A DNA stretch of 64,000 nucleotides from Octopus bimaculoides (taxonomy: Eukaryota), in contig NC_068981.1 of NCBI RefSeq assembly GCF_001194135.2, forward strand, positions 158,274,269 through 158,338,268. Direction: 5' to 3'. The translations under genes and the position numbers were made by a program. Numbering within the stretch: position 1 is the first letter of the stretch; each line of letters opens with the position of its first letter. This document shows, in pieces, positions 23,670 through 36,849 of this stretch. A model generated the notes under the pieces. The model did not search any database and had not been told where the DNA came from. It saw only the letters and a program-made list of their open reading frames with translations.

Positions 23670-25680
23670 TCATCATCATCGTTTAATGTCCACTTTCCAT
23701 GCTGGCATGGGTTGGACGGTTTGACTGAGGACTGGCGAGCCAGGAAGCTGCACCAGGCTCCAATCTGATCTGGCAAGGTTTCTACAGCTGGACGCCCTTC
23801 CTAACACCAATCACTTCAAGAGTGGAGTGGGTGTTTTTACGTGTCACCAGCATGGGGGCCAGCCACACAGCACTGGCATCGACCACACTCGAATGGTACT
23901 TCTAAAGTGCCACTGGCACACTCAGGTGGCACTGGCATCGACTACACTCGAATGGTGCTTTTTATGTTCCACCGGCATGGGAACCAGTCAGGCAGCACTG
24001 GCATCGACCATGCTCGTATGGTGCTTTTTACATGCCACCAACACTGGTGCCAGTCAGGCAGTACTGGCATCAGCCACAACAATGATTTCACTTGACTCGA
24101 CAGGTTTTCTCAAGCACATGTAGACCAACGATTGAAGGGTACTCTTAAATAGGCTGGTTTTGCAACACTGGCATAGGCCACAGCTACGATCTCACTTGGC
24201 TTACCAGGTCTTCTCAAGCACACCATATCTCCAAAGGTCTTGGTCGCTTGTCATTGCTTCTGTGAGGCCCAACGTTCAAAGGTTGTGCTTTACCACCTCA
24301 TCCCAGGTCTTCCTGGGTCTACCTTTTCCACAGGCTCCCTCTACTGTTAGGGTGTGACACTTCTTCCCACAGCTGTCCTCATCCATATGTAACACTCGAC
24401 TGTACCCTTCTGGCTAAGTAAACCTGTCTTCTAGCTTCTCTTCTGGTTATCTAATACAGTTCCCTGCTACCACCACTCTTCCAGTTCTTCCATACCTATT
24501 TCTTTTCCCTAATGAACCTATCAACTGAATTGTTCCACCACCCCATTACCTTAGGTTGAGGAGGCACTTTGCACTATTCACAGATCTGGTCAGTAGCCCA
24601 GAACAAGTTGTCCCATAGGAACCTCTAGTTATCTTCCACATTATGTAATGCTATATCCTCCTCTTTTTCATCAAAAACTTCAAGTAATACATTTCTAAAT
24701 CTCTGTCCATTCACAGGATCCTTAAGTTTCCAGACCCTTTTCCATGCTGGTCATCATCTGGGCAGCCATTTAGCCCTGAACCTGAAGTCACTAACCACTA
24801 ACCTATGTTGTGGGATGTATTCTTCATCTGGGAAGGTTTTGGCATTTATAAGTAGCCATCTTTCCCATTTCCTGGCAAGAATATAGTCAATCTGGCTTGT
24901 GTGTCCACCAGACTGATAGGTGCACACGTGACTGGCAGGTTTCCTGAAGTTAGTATTACAGATCATAAGATCATTTCCATCACAGAACTCCAGTAGCCTG
25001 GTTCCCTCCTCATTGCAGGAATCAAATCCATAGCTACAATGTACATCCATGGAAGCTCCCTGGATGTTGTCCAGCATGCCCATTGAAGTCACCAGCCACA
25101 AAGAAAAGGTCCCTATCACTTGTCGACGAGGTAGTCTGCAAGAGGGTGTCATAGAATCAGTCTTTCTGTTCATCAGGTAGTCTTGGCCGAGGGGCATATG
25201 CTGAGACAATGGTTGCTAATCCATGTTGCAGCTCTAATCTAAGCTTAAGTATTCTATAACAGACTCTGACTACCTCGATTACCTTATCAACCCATTTCTC
25301 CAATCCCATCAGTGTTTCATACCCAGAAAATCTTATACTTGTGTTCCTTGCCTGTGAGGAACCTAGCAGAACTTCCTCTCCACTTTACTTCTTGGATACA
25401 GCACAAATCTACACGTCTCCGTTCAAGCATCTCAACAATCTCACTAGACCTACCTTTCAGTGTGCCAACTCTGAGGGTGTGAAAAGTGTGGGCCCACGAG
25501 ACCTGGGATGGAGGACAGCAGCATCATGCATCTGAAAAGAAAGCTCACATTTGGCAGACCTTGTAAACATACAATAGCCTTCAACCTGCATACACTACAC
25601 CATCATTTTATGTGCTACATAATCACTACATCCCATAGGAGATAAACACTAGATAGGGATGGGGGAGCATTCCATATAGT
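23670..25680 (-). mobile_element. RTE LINE with both ends present and the RT core deleted (5' region + APE joined near 24390 to ORF2 C-terminus + 3' UTR)
   Basis: Minus strand LRVGTLKGRSSEIVEMLERRRVDLCCIQEVKWRG (~25300-25490), GHTSQIDYILARKWERWLLINAKTFP...QHRLVVSDF (~24780-24960), then GRPRKTWDEVVKHNL (~24270-24330) and the (GAT)n-tailed UTR ending at ~23670. Confidence 0.85.
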
Positions 25681-27449
25681 AAGCCATTGGAGGTGCTCAG
25701 GAGAAAGACGTCCAGTAGAGGTCAGAGGATAAATTAAATACCAGTGAAACACTTGGATCAATGTTATCAACTAGTCCCCTCCCTCCAGATTTCAGGCCTT
25801 GTGCCTTTAGTAGAAAGGATTATTATTATTACTAGCAGAAAGACCACCCTCTGGGCAGTTTTCTGCTAGCCCCTTGATAATATTTTCACATTTGATGTGT
25901 GTTTGTGTGCATGTGTGACTGATCCTGCCCATTTTAAACAAACTCTCTCTCTCTCAGTTAAAGACACACTCACTTAAAAAAGGTGCGAGAAAAAGTAAAT
26001 AAAATTTACACTCCCTGTCTCACACATACAGCGACACACCTATCTCTCTCTCAGTCAATTACTAATGTTCAAAAGAATTATTCATCTGTTTCAGATTTTT
26101 TTATTGCACTTTTTTGCTGTGCATTGTTTCAAAAGTAACCAGAAGGTGGAGCATTCCATTTTGCTGGCCTCTAGTAGAGCCAAATGATTTTAAAGAGAAA
26201 ATGAAGAAGAAGAAGAAAGGATGGTAAGAGATGTATAGAGAGAGGTATGAGAATGGGCGAGATCCACCCTGTCCTTGTGTTCACATATAACTTTCCTGTT
26301 ATAGTTCAAAGTTCAAAAAAGAAAACAAATGCAAGCTGTAAGTTCAAAATGAAAAAGACATTAAACACAGTACCCACTGCTTCTACTATTACTTCTAACT
26401 AAGGTAGTAATAGCAACAACAATTGCAGTTATGTGTCCAGCTACATCATAAAAACAACAATCTTATTGCCACAAATTGTGTGGACTCTCACACATGCACA
26501 AACACATATATGTATGACAGGCTCTTGCACAGTTTCTAGATACCAGATTCACTTACAAAGCATTGGTGGACATGGGTCTATAATAGAAGACACTTACCAG
26601 AGGTGCCATGTTGTGGAACTGAACCCAGAACCATCTAGTTGTAAAGTGAACTTCTTAACTTCACAGCCACAACTGTACCTACAGTTTAATAACCATTACT
26701 ACATCAGAAAGTGTTGTATTTTGATAGTTTTTCTGCGTTTTTTGTGCAGTATTTTTGTTGGAAGAAATTATAATATCTAACAATGCACATGTGTTTGTTT
26801 TCCAGTCCTTTATTATTATGTCTGGACAGTTTGCCTTGATATCTTTGTCAGTTTGGGCAAGCATGCATCAGATCATTGTAGCCGGGTTATTGTCGTGTAC
26901 TGTGTGTGGATTACATCAACCCCAGTGCTCAACTGACCTTTTATTTTATCAACTCTGAAAAGATGAAAGGCAAAGCCCACCATGGCAGAATTTGAACTCA
27001 CAACATAAAGCAGACTAAATACTGCTAAGCATTTTGCTTGGTACAGTAAGGATTCAGCCAGCTTGCCGCCTTTATTAGGTAGTCATTGTTGTACAGAGAG
27101 TTTACCACATGAGTGGTTCTATTGAATTGAAAGTGTCTTACTCAGCAAGTAGGCTGCCTTCTAGACACTTTCTTTCTCTCACCATGTGTCTTGTTATTGC
27201 TATAATGTCTATGATCATATTCTTCTTTGTCATATTATTGTATGTTTAAAATTTACATTTGTTATATTGTTTGGATGACATAGTCTAAACTTCAAATTAA
27301 AAGATACCCAATGTACCTGTTGAACCTGTTAGGAAAAGCAGCCAACTCTAGAACTGGATTAATGTAGTACCAGCTTGTAGCATGAATTAAGAAATACTTA
27401 TAAATATTAATGCTCTTACTTACATAATAAGCTAGAATTTAAAAGTTAC

Positions 27450-29900
27450 ATGCTCTAGATTTAGTATGAGCAAATCTGTTGGCAGTGGGACTATCAGTTT
27501 CATAGGTAAGTTTATGTTCAATGTTCATTCCAGTGAGATTGGTCAACCATTTTGACCCAAGATAGTCCTTAGTTCATTTTAAATCTTTTTCAGTTTTGAA
27601 AATGACTGCTTACAGTTGGTAATTACAGTTGGTAATTATGAGTGACAAAAAGATGTGCAAGACTTCTAGCTTTGGAAACAAAGGTTGAAAGAATTGACAG
27701 TCATCAATTAATAAAACTCTAACTTTACAAGCTCTTGCTTGGAATCAATATGAAAATCAATGTTAGCTTTAAATTGTACAAATTCTTCACTGTAACTTTC
27801 TTACAAATCTCCTGGATCTGATTTGACACAATTTGGTGACATCTTTACAATATCTTCAGGTGTAAATGCCTTTAAATGATAAAGAACTCCAAAATAGAGC
27901 ATTCATTGTTTTAGTAAACTTTCTGGTATTTGAGCAGGATAAAAGCAAATTATCACACATAGCAAGAAGTGTTTAGCTTTAAAATTTCTGAGAAAGAATC
28001 TGAAATACAACAAGCGGGTCAAATGTGTTGGCACTATGCTTGCATTAAGAGTTTATTACCAATATTCACTCTCTGATGGGTTTTTTTGTTTTTTTTTCTT
28101 ATTTAATATTTTGTTCAGTGTTGTAAAAATTGAACCACATAGCTTGAATATATCTCTGTAAGAATTCTTTGATTACAAACCAACACTGATCATTTGATAA
28201 TGTTATAATACTTGATTCCACAATATAACCACTATTCCTATTTCCAACTTCATTAACTTTTTAGCATTTGATTCGACCATGTCTAGCACAAATATTTTAC
28301 CTGGAGGAATTTCAACCATGTTTCGTGGTCTGCTACCACAACAGCTCCTTTATAGGATCCAGTTAGCTGAAGACATCATCAGGAGGAACCACGTCCGGTT
28401 TCGGCCCCTACTCCTCTACCGTTTTGACGTGGCGGGGCCCCTCCTTTCGGAGGTGTCTTCAGCTCTGGTGTTGGGTGCATGTCTTCTTTCTTCTATTCCC
28501 TGGCCTCTTCAATGCAGCATCAACGAGTGTCAGCGTCCGACTGATCGTCGTGTCAAGTTCCCCTTTTTATATCTGCTGCTAGGCTCCAGCAGGCAGCCCC
28601 AGCTAGTTGTNNNNNNNNNNNNNNNNNNNNNNNNNNNNNNNNNNNNNNNNNNNNNNNNNNNNNNNNNNNNNNNNNNNNNNNNNNNNNNNNNNNNNNNNNN
28701 NNNNNNNNNNNNNNNNNNNNNNNNNNNNNNNNNNNNNNNNNNNNNNNNNNNNNNNNNNNNNNNNNNNNNNNNNNNNNNNNNNNNNNNNNNNNNNNNNNNN
28801 NNNNNNNNNNNNNNNNNNNNNNNNNNNNNNNNNNNNNNNNNNNNNNNNNNNNNNNNNNNNNNNNNNNNNNNNNNNNNNNNNNNNNNNNNNNNNNNNNNNN
28901 NNNNNNNNNNNNNNNNNNNNNNNNNNNNNNNNNNNNNNNNNNNNNNNNNNNNNNNNNNNNNNNNNNNNNNNNNNNNNNNNNNNNNNNNNNNNNNNNNNNN
29001 NNNNNNNNNNNNNNNNNNNNNNNNNNNNNNNNNNNNNNNNNNNNNNNNNNNNNNNNNNNNNNNNNNNNNNNNNNNNNNNNNNNNNNNNNNNNNNNNNNNN
29101 NNNNNNNNNNNNNNNNNNNNNNNNNNNNNNNNNNNNNNNNNNNNNNNNNNNNNNNNNNNNNNNNNNNNNNNNNNNNNNNNNNNNNNNNNNNNNNNNNNNN
29201 NNNNNNNNNNNNNNNNNNNNNNNNNNNNNNNNNNNNNNNNNNNNNNNNNNNNNNNNNNNNNNNNNNNNNNNNNNNNNNNNNNNNNNNNNNNNNNNGTATA
29301 CCTTTCCAGTGCTAGTCTGCAGTTTGACAGAACGTGTCTCACCTTCGCTTTCTCCCCGCATCCACATTCATCGGTTGTTTTTATGTTCCATCGAACTAAG
29401 TTCGCCGGTGAGGGTAGAACGTCGAAGGTAGACTTGATCAGGAAGGCTGTTCTTGCTTGTTCCCAAGCCCAAAGTTCCTTCCATGAGATTCTGTGACTGA
29501 CCACGTTTTCCTCCCATCTCAGGCACTGCCCCTGTTGACTGCATTGCACCAAATGTACATTCCGCCTTTCTTCTTCCTCCTTTCTCACTTCGTGTACCAC
29601 TGCCTCTTTCAAATATTTTACCTGTTTTATATTAAAACTGACCAGATTCAACTTCTCACACTTACCCAACAATGTCATTCTAAAACTATACAAATGCACC
29701 ATTGAAATTTTGAAACTACAAAATAATGTGATTAATTCAAAGCGATGTGAATAAATTAGCAATACATTTGACAAAGAAATTCGAATGCTAAAGGATTGAG
29801 GCTGAAAGTGGTCCATGAGCCTGTTGTTGACACTCTTTTCTGATCATTGTTATTTGAAACAACACCCAACACTTGTTTAACTGTAGAAAAGTTGTTTGTA
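27450..29900 (-). pseudogene. Decayed hAT-superfamily transposase (C-terminal dimerisation domain), interrupted by a HERO-type insertion
   Basis: Minus strand with frameshifts: KLEIGIVVILWNQVL (~28200), ESYSEEFVQFK (~27790), FPKLEVLHIFLSLIITNC...FSKLKKI*NELRTILGQ..LTNLTGMNIEH (~27510-27690), matching the hAT motif FPN...TNC..ERSFSKLK.IKN.LR. Confidence 0.7.
28304..29609 (-). mobile_element. 5'-truncated HERO-type (R2-group, RLE endonuclease) non-LTR retrotransposon with 15-bp TSD
   Basis: EVRKEEEERR...QQGQCLRWE...ISWKELWAWEQARTAFLIKSTFDVLPSPANLVRW...CGCGEKAKVRHVLSNC (CCHC preceding the RLE). TSD CAAATATTTTACCTG at 28289-28303 and 29610-29624. The RLE part lies in the N gap. Confidence 0.8.
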
Positions 29901-32100
29901 TAACAGTGCTTTTGTTGCATTTGCACAAGTTCACCACGTAGGATATGGCGTTCTTTTCACAATGGACAAATGAGCTGCATTAAATAATACAGTAAAGGTG
30001 GTGGTGGTGGTGGTAGTGGCAGCAGTGGCATTTTACATGCATAGTCTTATTAAGTGATAGTTTTCATTCACTTATAAGTGTAGATTCATGTAGTTGTCAT
30101 AATATAGAATCTGAAAACTAGATGACAGACAGACCTGGATTAACAAGGACATGTCAATGATGAGGCCATGAATGGGAACAAAAGGGCTCTGATGAACCTG
30201 CTAATTGATTGATTCATCGAACAATTGATTGGTTAATTGGTTTACTAATTAATTAATGATAAAAATAATCAAATAGAACTTGTGTGTATGTTTCTTATAA
30301 TGACCCTTCCAAGATGCAACAAAATAATTTCATCTCTATTATTAAATGTTCTAAAAATTTTACACTATGCAAAAACTGAGTTTGAAATACTGGACATACA
30401 ATGTATTTATATAATTAAATGAGCCATTTTGATTAGCAAACTAAACCCAAGTATTTATTCTCATGGAACTTTTTGAACTTGAAAGCATTTGAGTCTATAA
30501 TTATTTACACTTTTTTGTGGGTACAACTAAAAACATCTAGATGCACTTTTTTTTTTTACATTGAGTGAAACCTAGCTTTTTTTATCAATTTACAATTACT
30601 TTTATGGACCCAACTGCATATTTAACTACACCTGATCAGTGTAATTAGATCAGGTATCACAGAGGAAGTGCCATTATACAAGCCAATCAGTAGTGGTTTG
30701 CTAGTTGTATTCTCCTGAAAAGTTGAATTATGATTATTTTTATGGATTCAACTGCATATTTAAAGGACCTGTATAGATTAATTCATAAGTGGTGTCAAAT
30801 AGCAGGGCAAGATGAGAAGATTTGAGAGAAACCATGTGCGAAGGAGTTCTTTATATGATCTACAGCTGGAAGTGGTCAAATAAGTGACTAGCTTCACCAC
30901 AAGAGAATCGAAATAGCAGCAAAGGACGATAGAAACACATGAGAATTATGTCAAGTATTTAAAGAGTTCCATTATTATATCACCCAAAGTTTGACCCACA
31001 TTGAGGCCTTTAGAATGTAAACTCTGGTAGAGGTTAGCTCAGATGTGGTACAGTATGTTAGAAATCTGCTCTTAACCATAGTAAGGCTCCCACTGACAGT
31101 TTGAACTGACAATTTGAAATGAAATGACCTTTATTAATGAACAGGTGGTAACTGCCAACACTCCTGATATACCAAATACCTATATTTCCTCCTATCTGGC
31201 AATTATGTTGACATTAACAATTTTTATGGTAATGCATTAAGTCAAAAATTACTCAGTGGCAAATTTGAATAGTTGGATCCTATTTCTAAAGCTCGTGATT
31301 CTATTTCAAGCCAAATCAAAAACACAATGCTTGAATGCTACAATATTACATAGACTCATATAACACATTGTTATTTAAGCTATTAAAATTTTAAATAATT
31401 TCTGATGATACACAACTTTAATGTACTATTTTTGCTTTGTTCTACCGCTGTTGACATTGTTGATAGTAATGAATAATTATGATTTTGAAAATTAATAAGA
31501 TCTAAAACATGTGTATATCTATAAACGTGTCTAACTTATGTATCTAGGTGATGTATAAGTCTAAGAAGAAAATTTTAGCACTGGAAAACTTCAGTGTGCA
31601 CAATGCAGATACCATTTTTCTATGTTGTTACTATATCTGCATCAATCTATGCAGTGTTACATATAATTATCCATATGCAAATAGATCAGAGTGGACAGAC
31701 CTATTGTATTCACTGATTGACTTCAGTATCTGTTGACTGTTGTTGTGAAGGCCACTAAGACTGGAAGCTACAAGCATGTAAGGGAGACTGGTAGTATCTG
31801 ATCTCAGTTCAATTCTTGATACAAGCTTTCCGTAATGATCACCTTTGGTAACAATGTTGCCTTCAATCACATATTCTTATGAATGTCTTTCATAGGGGCA
31901 GGTACAAGATAGAGGTGGTTAGTGAAAGAAATGACATGAGATAGGTGCAGGAGTGGCTGTGTGGTAAGTAGCTTGCTTACCAACCACATGGTTCTGGGTT
32001 CAGTCCCACTGTGTGGCACCGTGTCTTCTACTATAGCCTTGGGCTGAGCAAAGCCTTGTAAGTGGATTTGATAGACGGAAACTGAAAGAAGCCTGTCGTA

Positions 32101-32146
<46 letters not shown>

Positions 32147-32282
32147 TTTATGTATATATTAATATTATCTCAGTTATTAAAACTTTCGATAATTTAAATA
32201 CATTAATAGTTACCAGAGGTAGCAAAATTACACTAAAAAACAAGATATCACAGCTGTTTTACAGGTAGAGATACAAAGTTAA

Positions 32283-32323
32283 AGTGATACATTTTGAGAA
32301 GATATCTTCTCAAAATGTATCAC

Positions 32324-32324
<1 letters not shown>
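32283..32324. repeat. Perfect 42-bp palindrome
   Basis: AGTGATACATTTTGAGAAGAT|ATCTTCTCAAAATGTATCACT, directly followed by (TA)n and a short gap. Confidence 0.95.
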
Positions 32325-32358
<34 letters not shown>

Positions 32359-32373
32359 ATATNNNNNNNNNNA

Positions 32374-32408
<35 letters not shown>

Positions 32409-32639
32409 ATATGTTTGTGTGTCTGTGTTTGCCCCCCCCCCCAGCTTTGCTTGACAACTGATGCTGGTGTGTTTACGTCCCCGAAACTTAGCGGTTCGGC
32501 AAAAGAGACCGATAAAATAAGTACTAGGCTTACAAAGAATAAGTCCTGAGGTCGATTTGCTCGACTAAAGGCGGTGCTCCAGCATGGCTGCAGTCAAATG
32601 ACTGAAACACGTAAAAGAGTAAAAGATATAAGTTATTTA

Positions 32640-33210
32640 GGAAGAAAGAGGTTGATGTATAGTTTGCAGAAATGGTATTAGGAAACAATGCTACCTAAGC
32701 CAACCACCTAATTGAGATATGTAGCCAACATCTTTTTAACCTGGTCTCATCTGGAAGAAGCACATGTACTGCTGGATCATGAGACTTCAGAAAGATCTTC
32801 AAAACGATTCACACCTGAGAAGGAAGATGTTCTGAATGTTCTAAGAACTAAACTTACTTGCTCATTCCAGGAGCAGAGATACAAGGAATCAAGAACGTTA
32901 GAAACCTGCTGTGATCTGTTTAATATTAAAGGCATGTTGGAAAAAATTCAGATCTGTGATCCATGCACCATCATGATAATTTCAAAAACAGGTCTGCTTT
33001 TAGGGACTTCTCTCCTGAACAGATCCTCCTTCAGAAGAGATTATAATAAAGAAATGCAGACATTCCATCTATTCAGCTGTGGCAGTGAATACAAAGATGA
33101 TACTATCTGTTTCCAAACAGTAAGGCTAGAGGGACTCCAAAAAGCCGCAATCTGTGGTGAGATAGTAAAATCAAGTATGGCTGATAATTTGTGGAACTAC
33201 AGTCCTCGGA
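32640..33210 (+). mobile_element. Decayed Penelope-like element (RT C-terminus + GIY-YIG endonuclease remnant)
   Basis: LRYVANIFLTWSHLEEAHVLLDH (RYVDDIF-like), GMLEKIQICDP, FSCGSEYK....VRLEGLQKAAICGEIVKSSMADNLWN (CSCG..YxGxT...RxxEH...KSxxAxH pattern). Confidence 0.7.
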
Positions 33211-33249
33211 CACAGAAGGTAGCTGGAAATTCTTACGGTACAGCTTACT

Positions 33250-35825
33250 GAGTGCCACACACCAAGTCTGCACACCAAAGTCCCTTCCAGACCTAGAGTA
33301 ATGTGGTGGTAGAATAATATGGTAGACAAAGCCATCAGAGCAAAGAAACAGGCCTGGAAAGCCTGGAAGTGTTGGGGTAGCAGGGAACTGTACCAGATAG
33401 CCAAAAGGGAGGCTGGGCGACAGGTATACATAGCCAAGGGTGAAGCAGAAAAGAAGTTTGCTAATGTCCAGCGACATGAGGACCAAAGAACTGAAGTACT
33501 TCGGATCATAAGACAGTGTGTGAGAGAAAATTGTGATGTCACAGGAGAGAAATGTGTCCGCATGGATGATGGTGCACTTACTTTTAATGATTCGGAAAAG
33601 AAAGAGGCTCGAAGAAGCCATTATGAAAGGCTGCTGAATGTGGAGAATGAATGGGAGAAGGAGAGCCTGCCAAATGTTGATCCTGTAGAGGGACCAACTA
33701 TCCAAATAGACAACACCCTAGTAGATAAAGTAATTAAGGATATGAAGCCAGGAAAAGCCCCCGGCCTATCAGGAATAACCGCTGAGATACTTAAAATATC
33801 TGGTGGTGTGGGCTATGGCCTAGTCACCCGTATTGTAAACCAGATGGTTCATGATACAGTCATACCCAATGACTGGTGTAGCAGCACCATAGTCAACTGC
33901 TACAAAGGTAAAAGTGATGCTTTAGATAGAAATAACTACAGGGGTATCAAACTGCTGGATCAGGTGATGAAGGTCACGGAGAGTGTCACAGCCCAACTAA
34001 TTAGGGAGAGAGTCTGCTTAGATGAGATGCAGTTCGGTTTTGTGCCAGGTAGAAGTACCACTGATGCTATATTCCTGGTATGGCAACTGCAGGTGAAATA
34101 TCTAACCAAAGATAAACTTTTGTACTTGGCTTTTGTTGACTTGGAGAAAGCCTTTGACAGGGTCCCCAGATCCCTTGTCTAGTGGGTGATGCAGAAACTG
34201 GGGATCGACAAGTGGTTAATAAGGGCTGTGCAGGCCCTATACAGTGACACCTTTAGTAGGGTTAGGATTGGAAATGAGTATAGTGAAGAATTCTGGGTAG
34301 AAGTAGGAGTCCACCAAGGTTCAGCCCTCAGCCCCCTCTTTTTCATTATAGTCCTCCAGGCAAATAACAGAGGAATTCAAGACAGGTTGCTCTTGGGAAC
34401 TCTTCTATGCTGATGACTTGGCCCTCATAGCAGAAGCACTTCTAGAACTAGAGAAGACACTTCAAGTGTGGAAGCAAGGTTTAGAATCGAAGGGCCTTAG
34501 AGTCAATATTGCTAAGACCAAAGTTCTAGTAAGTAGGAAGGCAAATATATCACACACCCCTTCAGGTAGGTGGCCCTGCTCGATCTGTAGAAAAGGTGTA
34601 GGTAGAAATTCCATAAGATGTACCCAGTGTAAGCTATGGACACATAAGAGGTGCAGCAACATCAAAGGAAGATTAACCAGGAAGATTGCTTTCACATGCA
34701 GCGGATGCACAGGGGCAATAAACACTACAGACGCTCAGAAAACAGACTTCATCACATGCCAGGGGGAGAAACTAGAAGTAGTTGATAGCTTCCACTACCT
34801 AGGTGACCAAGTCTGTAGTGGGGGTGGATGTTCGAAGAGTGTTGCCACTAGAATAAGAATAGCCTGGGCAAAGTTCAGAAAGCTTCTACCCCTACTGGTG
34901 ACAAAGGGCCTCTCGCTCAGAGTGAAAAGTAGATTGTATGATGCATGTGTGCGAACTGCCATGCTTCATGACAGTGAAACATGGGCCATGACTACTGAAG
35001 ACATGTAGGCTCAAAAGAAATGAAGCTAGCATGATCCGTTGGATGCATACATGACAGAGTGTAAGCGCCCTGAGAGAAATGTTGGACACAAGAAGCATTG
35101 GATGTGGTGTGCAAGAGAGACGTTTGTGCTGGTATGGTCATGTGTTGCGGATGGATGAGGAGAGCTGTGTGAAGGGCCACTCCCAAACAGTGGAAGGAAT
35201 CCAGGGTAGAGAGAGACCCAGGAAGACATGGGATGAGGTGGTGAAGCATGACCTTCGAATGTTGGGCCTCACAGAGGCAATGACAAAAGACTGAGACCTC
35301 TGGAGGTATGCTGTGACTGAGAAGACCCGGAAAATAAAGTGAGTCCACAGCTGTAACCTACACCAGTGCTGCATAACTAGCCCACTCAAAAGTACCTTGG
35401 ATCGAAGGGTGACATGCCGTGCTTGAGGAGACCTATTGAGTCAAGTACATCAACATTAACAACAATATCAAAATCAAATCAAATGGAAATTGTAGTTGTG
35501 AGAGCCCCATGTCGGTAGCACGTTAAAAACGCCATCTGAACGTGGCCAATGCCAGTGCCACTTTGACTTGCTTCTATGCCAGTGGCATGTAAAAAGCACC
35601 ATCCGATCATGGTCAATGCCAGCTCCTCTGGCCCCTGTGCCAGTAGCATGTAAAAAGCACCCACTACACTCTCGGAGTGGTTGGTGTTAGAAAAGGCATC
35701 CAGCTGTAGAAACACTGCCAGGTCAGATTGGGGCCTGGTGCAGCCTCCTGGCTTCCCAGACCCCAGTCGAAGTACCCAACCCATGCCAGCATGGAAAACA
35801 GACGTTAAATGAAGATGATGATGAA
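33250..35825 (+). mobile_element. RTE-clade LINE, 5'-truncated, with RT, C-terminal domain and long 3' UTR ending in (GAT)n
   Basis: ORFs 33319-34182, 34186-34413, 34418-35008, 35079-35294: NYRGIKLLDQVMKV, QFGFVPGRSTTDAIF, AFVDLEKAFDRVPR, GVHQGSALSPLFFIIVL, FYADDLAL, RLCWYGHVLRMDE, RPRKTWDEVVK; several stops and frameshifts. Confidence 0.95.
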
Positions 35826-36806
35826 ATGGACATTGCCAACTGTTATGGGACAAAGTCATGATAGGAAACAACTGAAGTACTCAGTACACATTCTGAGTTC
35901 TGATAACCCTCTTAGTTGGTCTAGAATGGAGACAAACACCACATGGAAGCCTAACAGAGAATATTAAACCCACAACTCCAAAGATGTATAATTTTAGGTT
36001 TAAAGTTCCTAATTTTCATCACTATAGAAAATTGTCCTACAGAACATTGGTTAAGTTCTAAATGTTTAACTAGTGGGTGTGAGTTCAATACCTGAGTCAG
36101 TCAGATAATACTAACCACTAGGAAAATATTAACAAATATAGCATGCACTTGAAGGAAGTCAGGGGTATGATACAACCAAGATGAAAGCACTAGTCTGAAC
36201 ATGTCAGTGCATTATAATAGTATAGCAAGGGAAACTAGATGAACAGATGTATGAATTCATAAAAGATATGAGTCAACATTATTAATCTAACAATATACAT
36301 AAAAACATATATATGCAGATTATATATGAAATTGATTTATTTGTGAGTCTCTGCTCACCTACCTTTATTTTACATGGTTCAGTTCTTCTGAGAGAACTAA
36401 ATGAAAAACAGGTTCCATTCCCATATGGTGCCCGAACTGGTTTATTTGAGTTAAATGTTTGGCCATGAACACAATACAGCTACTATATATTCTTATTCAT
36501 CAAACTTGTCACCATATCTGATTACTTATAATATATACTAGAGTGTTACCTGTCATATGACATATGTTGAAAATCTGCTGAGGCCACTGAGAGTAATATC
36601 ATCATCGATAATATTCATATGCTAACTTTTGTTTTTTTATGTATGTATGTTCGTACTTGTGTGTATCACACTTACTTTAAAGGAAGAGGTAAAAAGGTTG
36701 AAGGGAGAGGTACAAAGAAAAAGAGAAATAAAAGGTGTTAAGCAGAGGAGGTATAGTTGGAATGAGTGGCAAAGTGGGAGAGAGGAGGGACAGAGTGGAA
36801 GTGAGA

Positions 36807-36848
<42 letters not shown>

Positions 36849-36849
<1 letters not shown>

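Noticed and set aside
26165-26190. CTCF-like motif TGGCCTCTAGTAGAGC
   Set aside because: Only a partial match; a single short motif cannot be supported without a PWM score or ChIP data.
28355-28410. GAAAC...CTGATGA on the minus strand in the HERO 3' UTR as a type-II hammerhead
   Set aside because: Only 4 nt separate the putative cleavage site from CTGATGA, so stem I cannot form, and the stem II partners do not pair.
28279-29496. 405-aa plus-strand ORF
   Set aside because: Mostly Ns, and antisense to the HERO-type element; the recognisable protein is on the minus strand.
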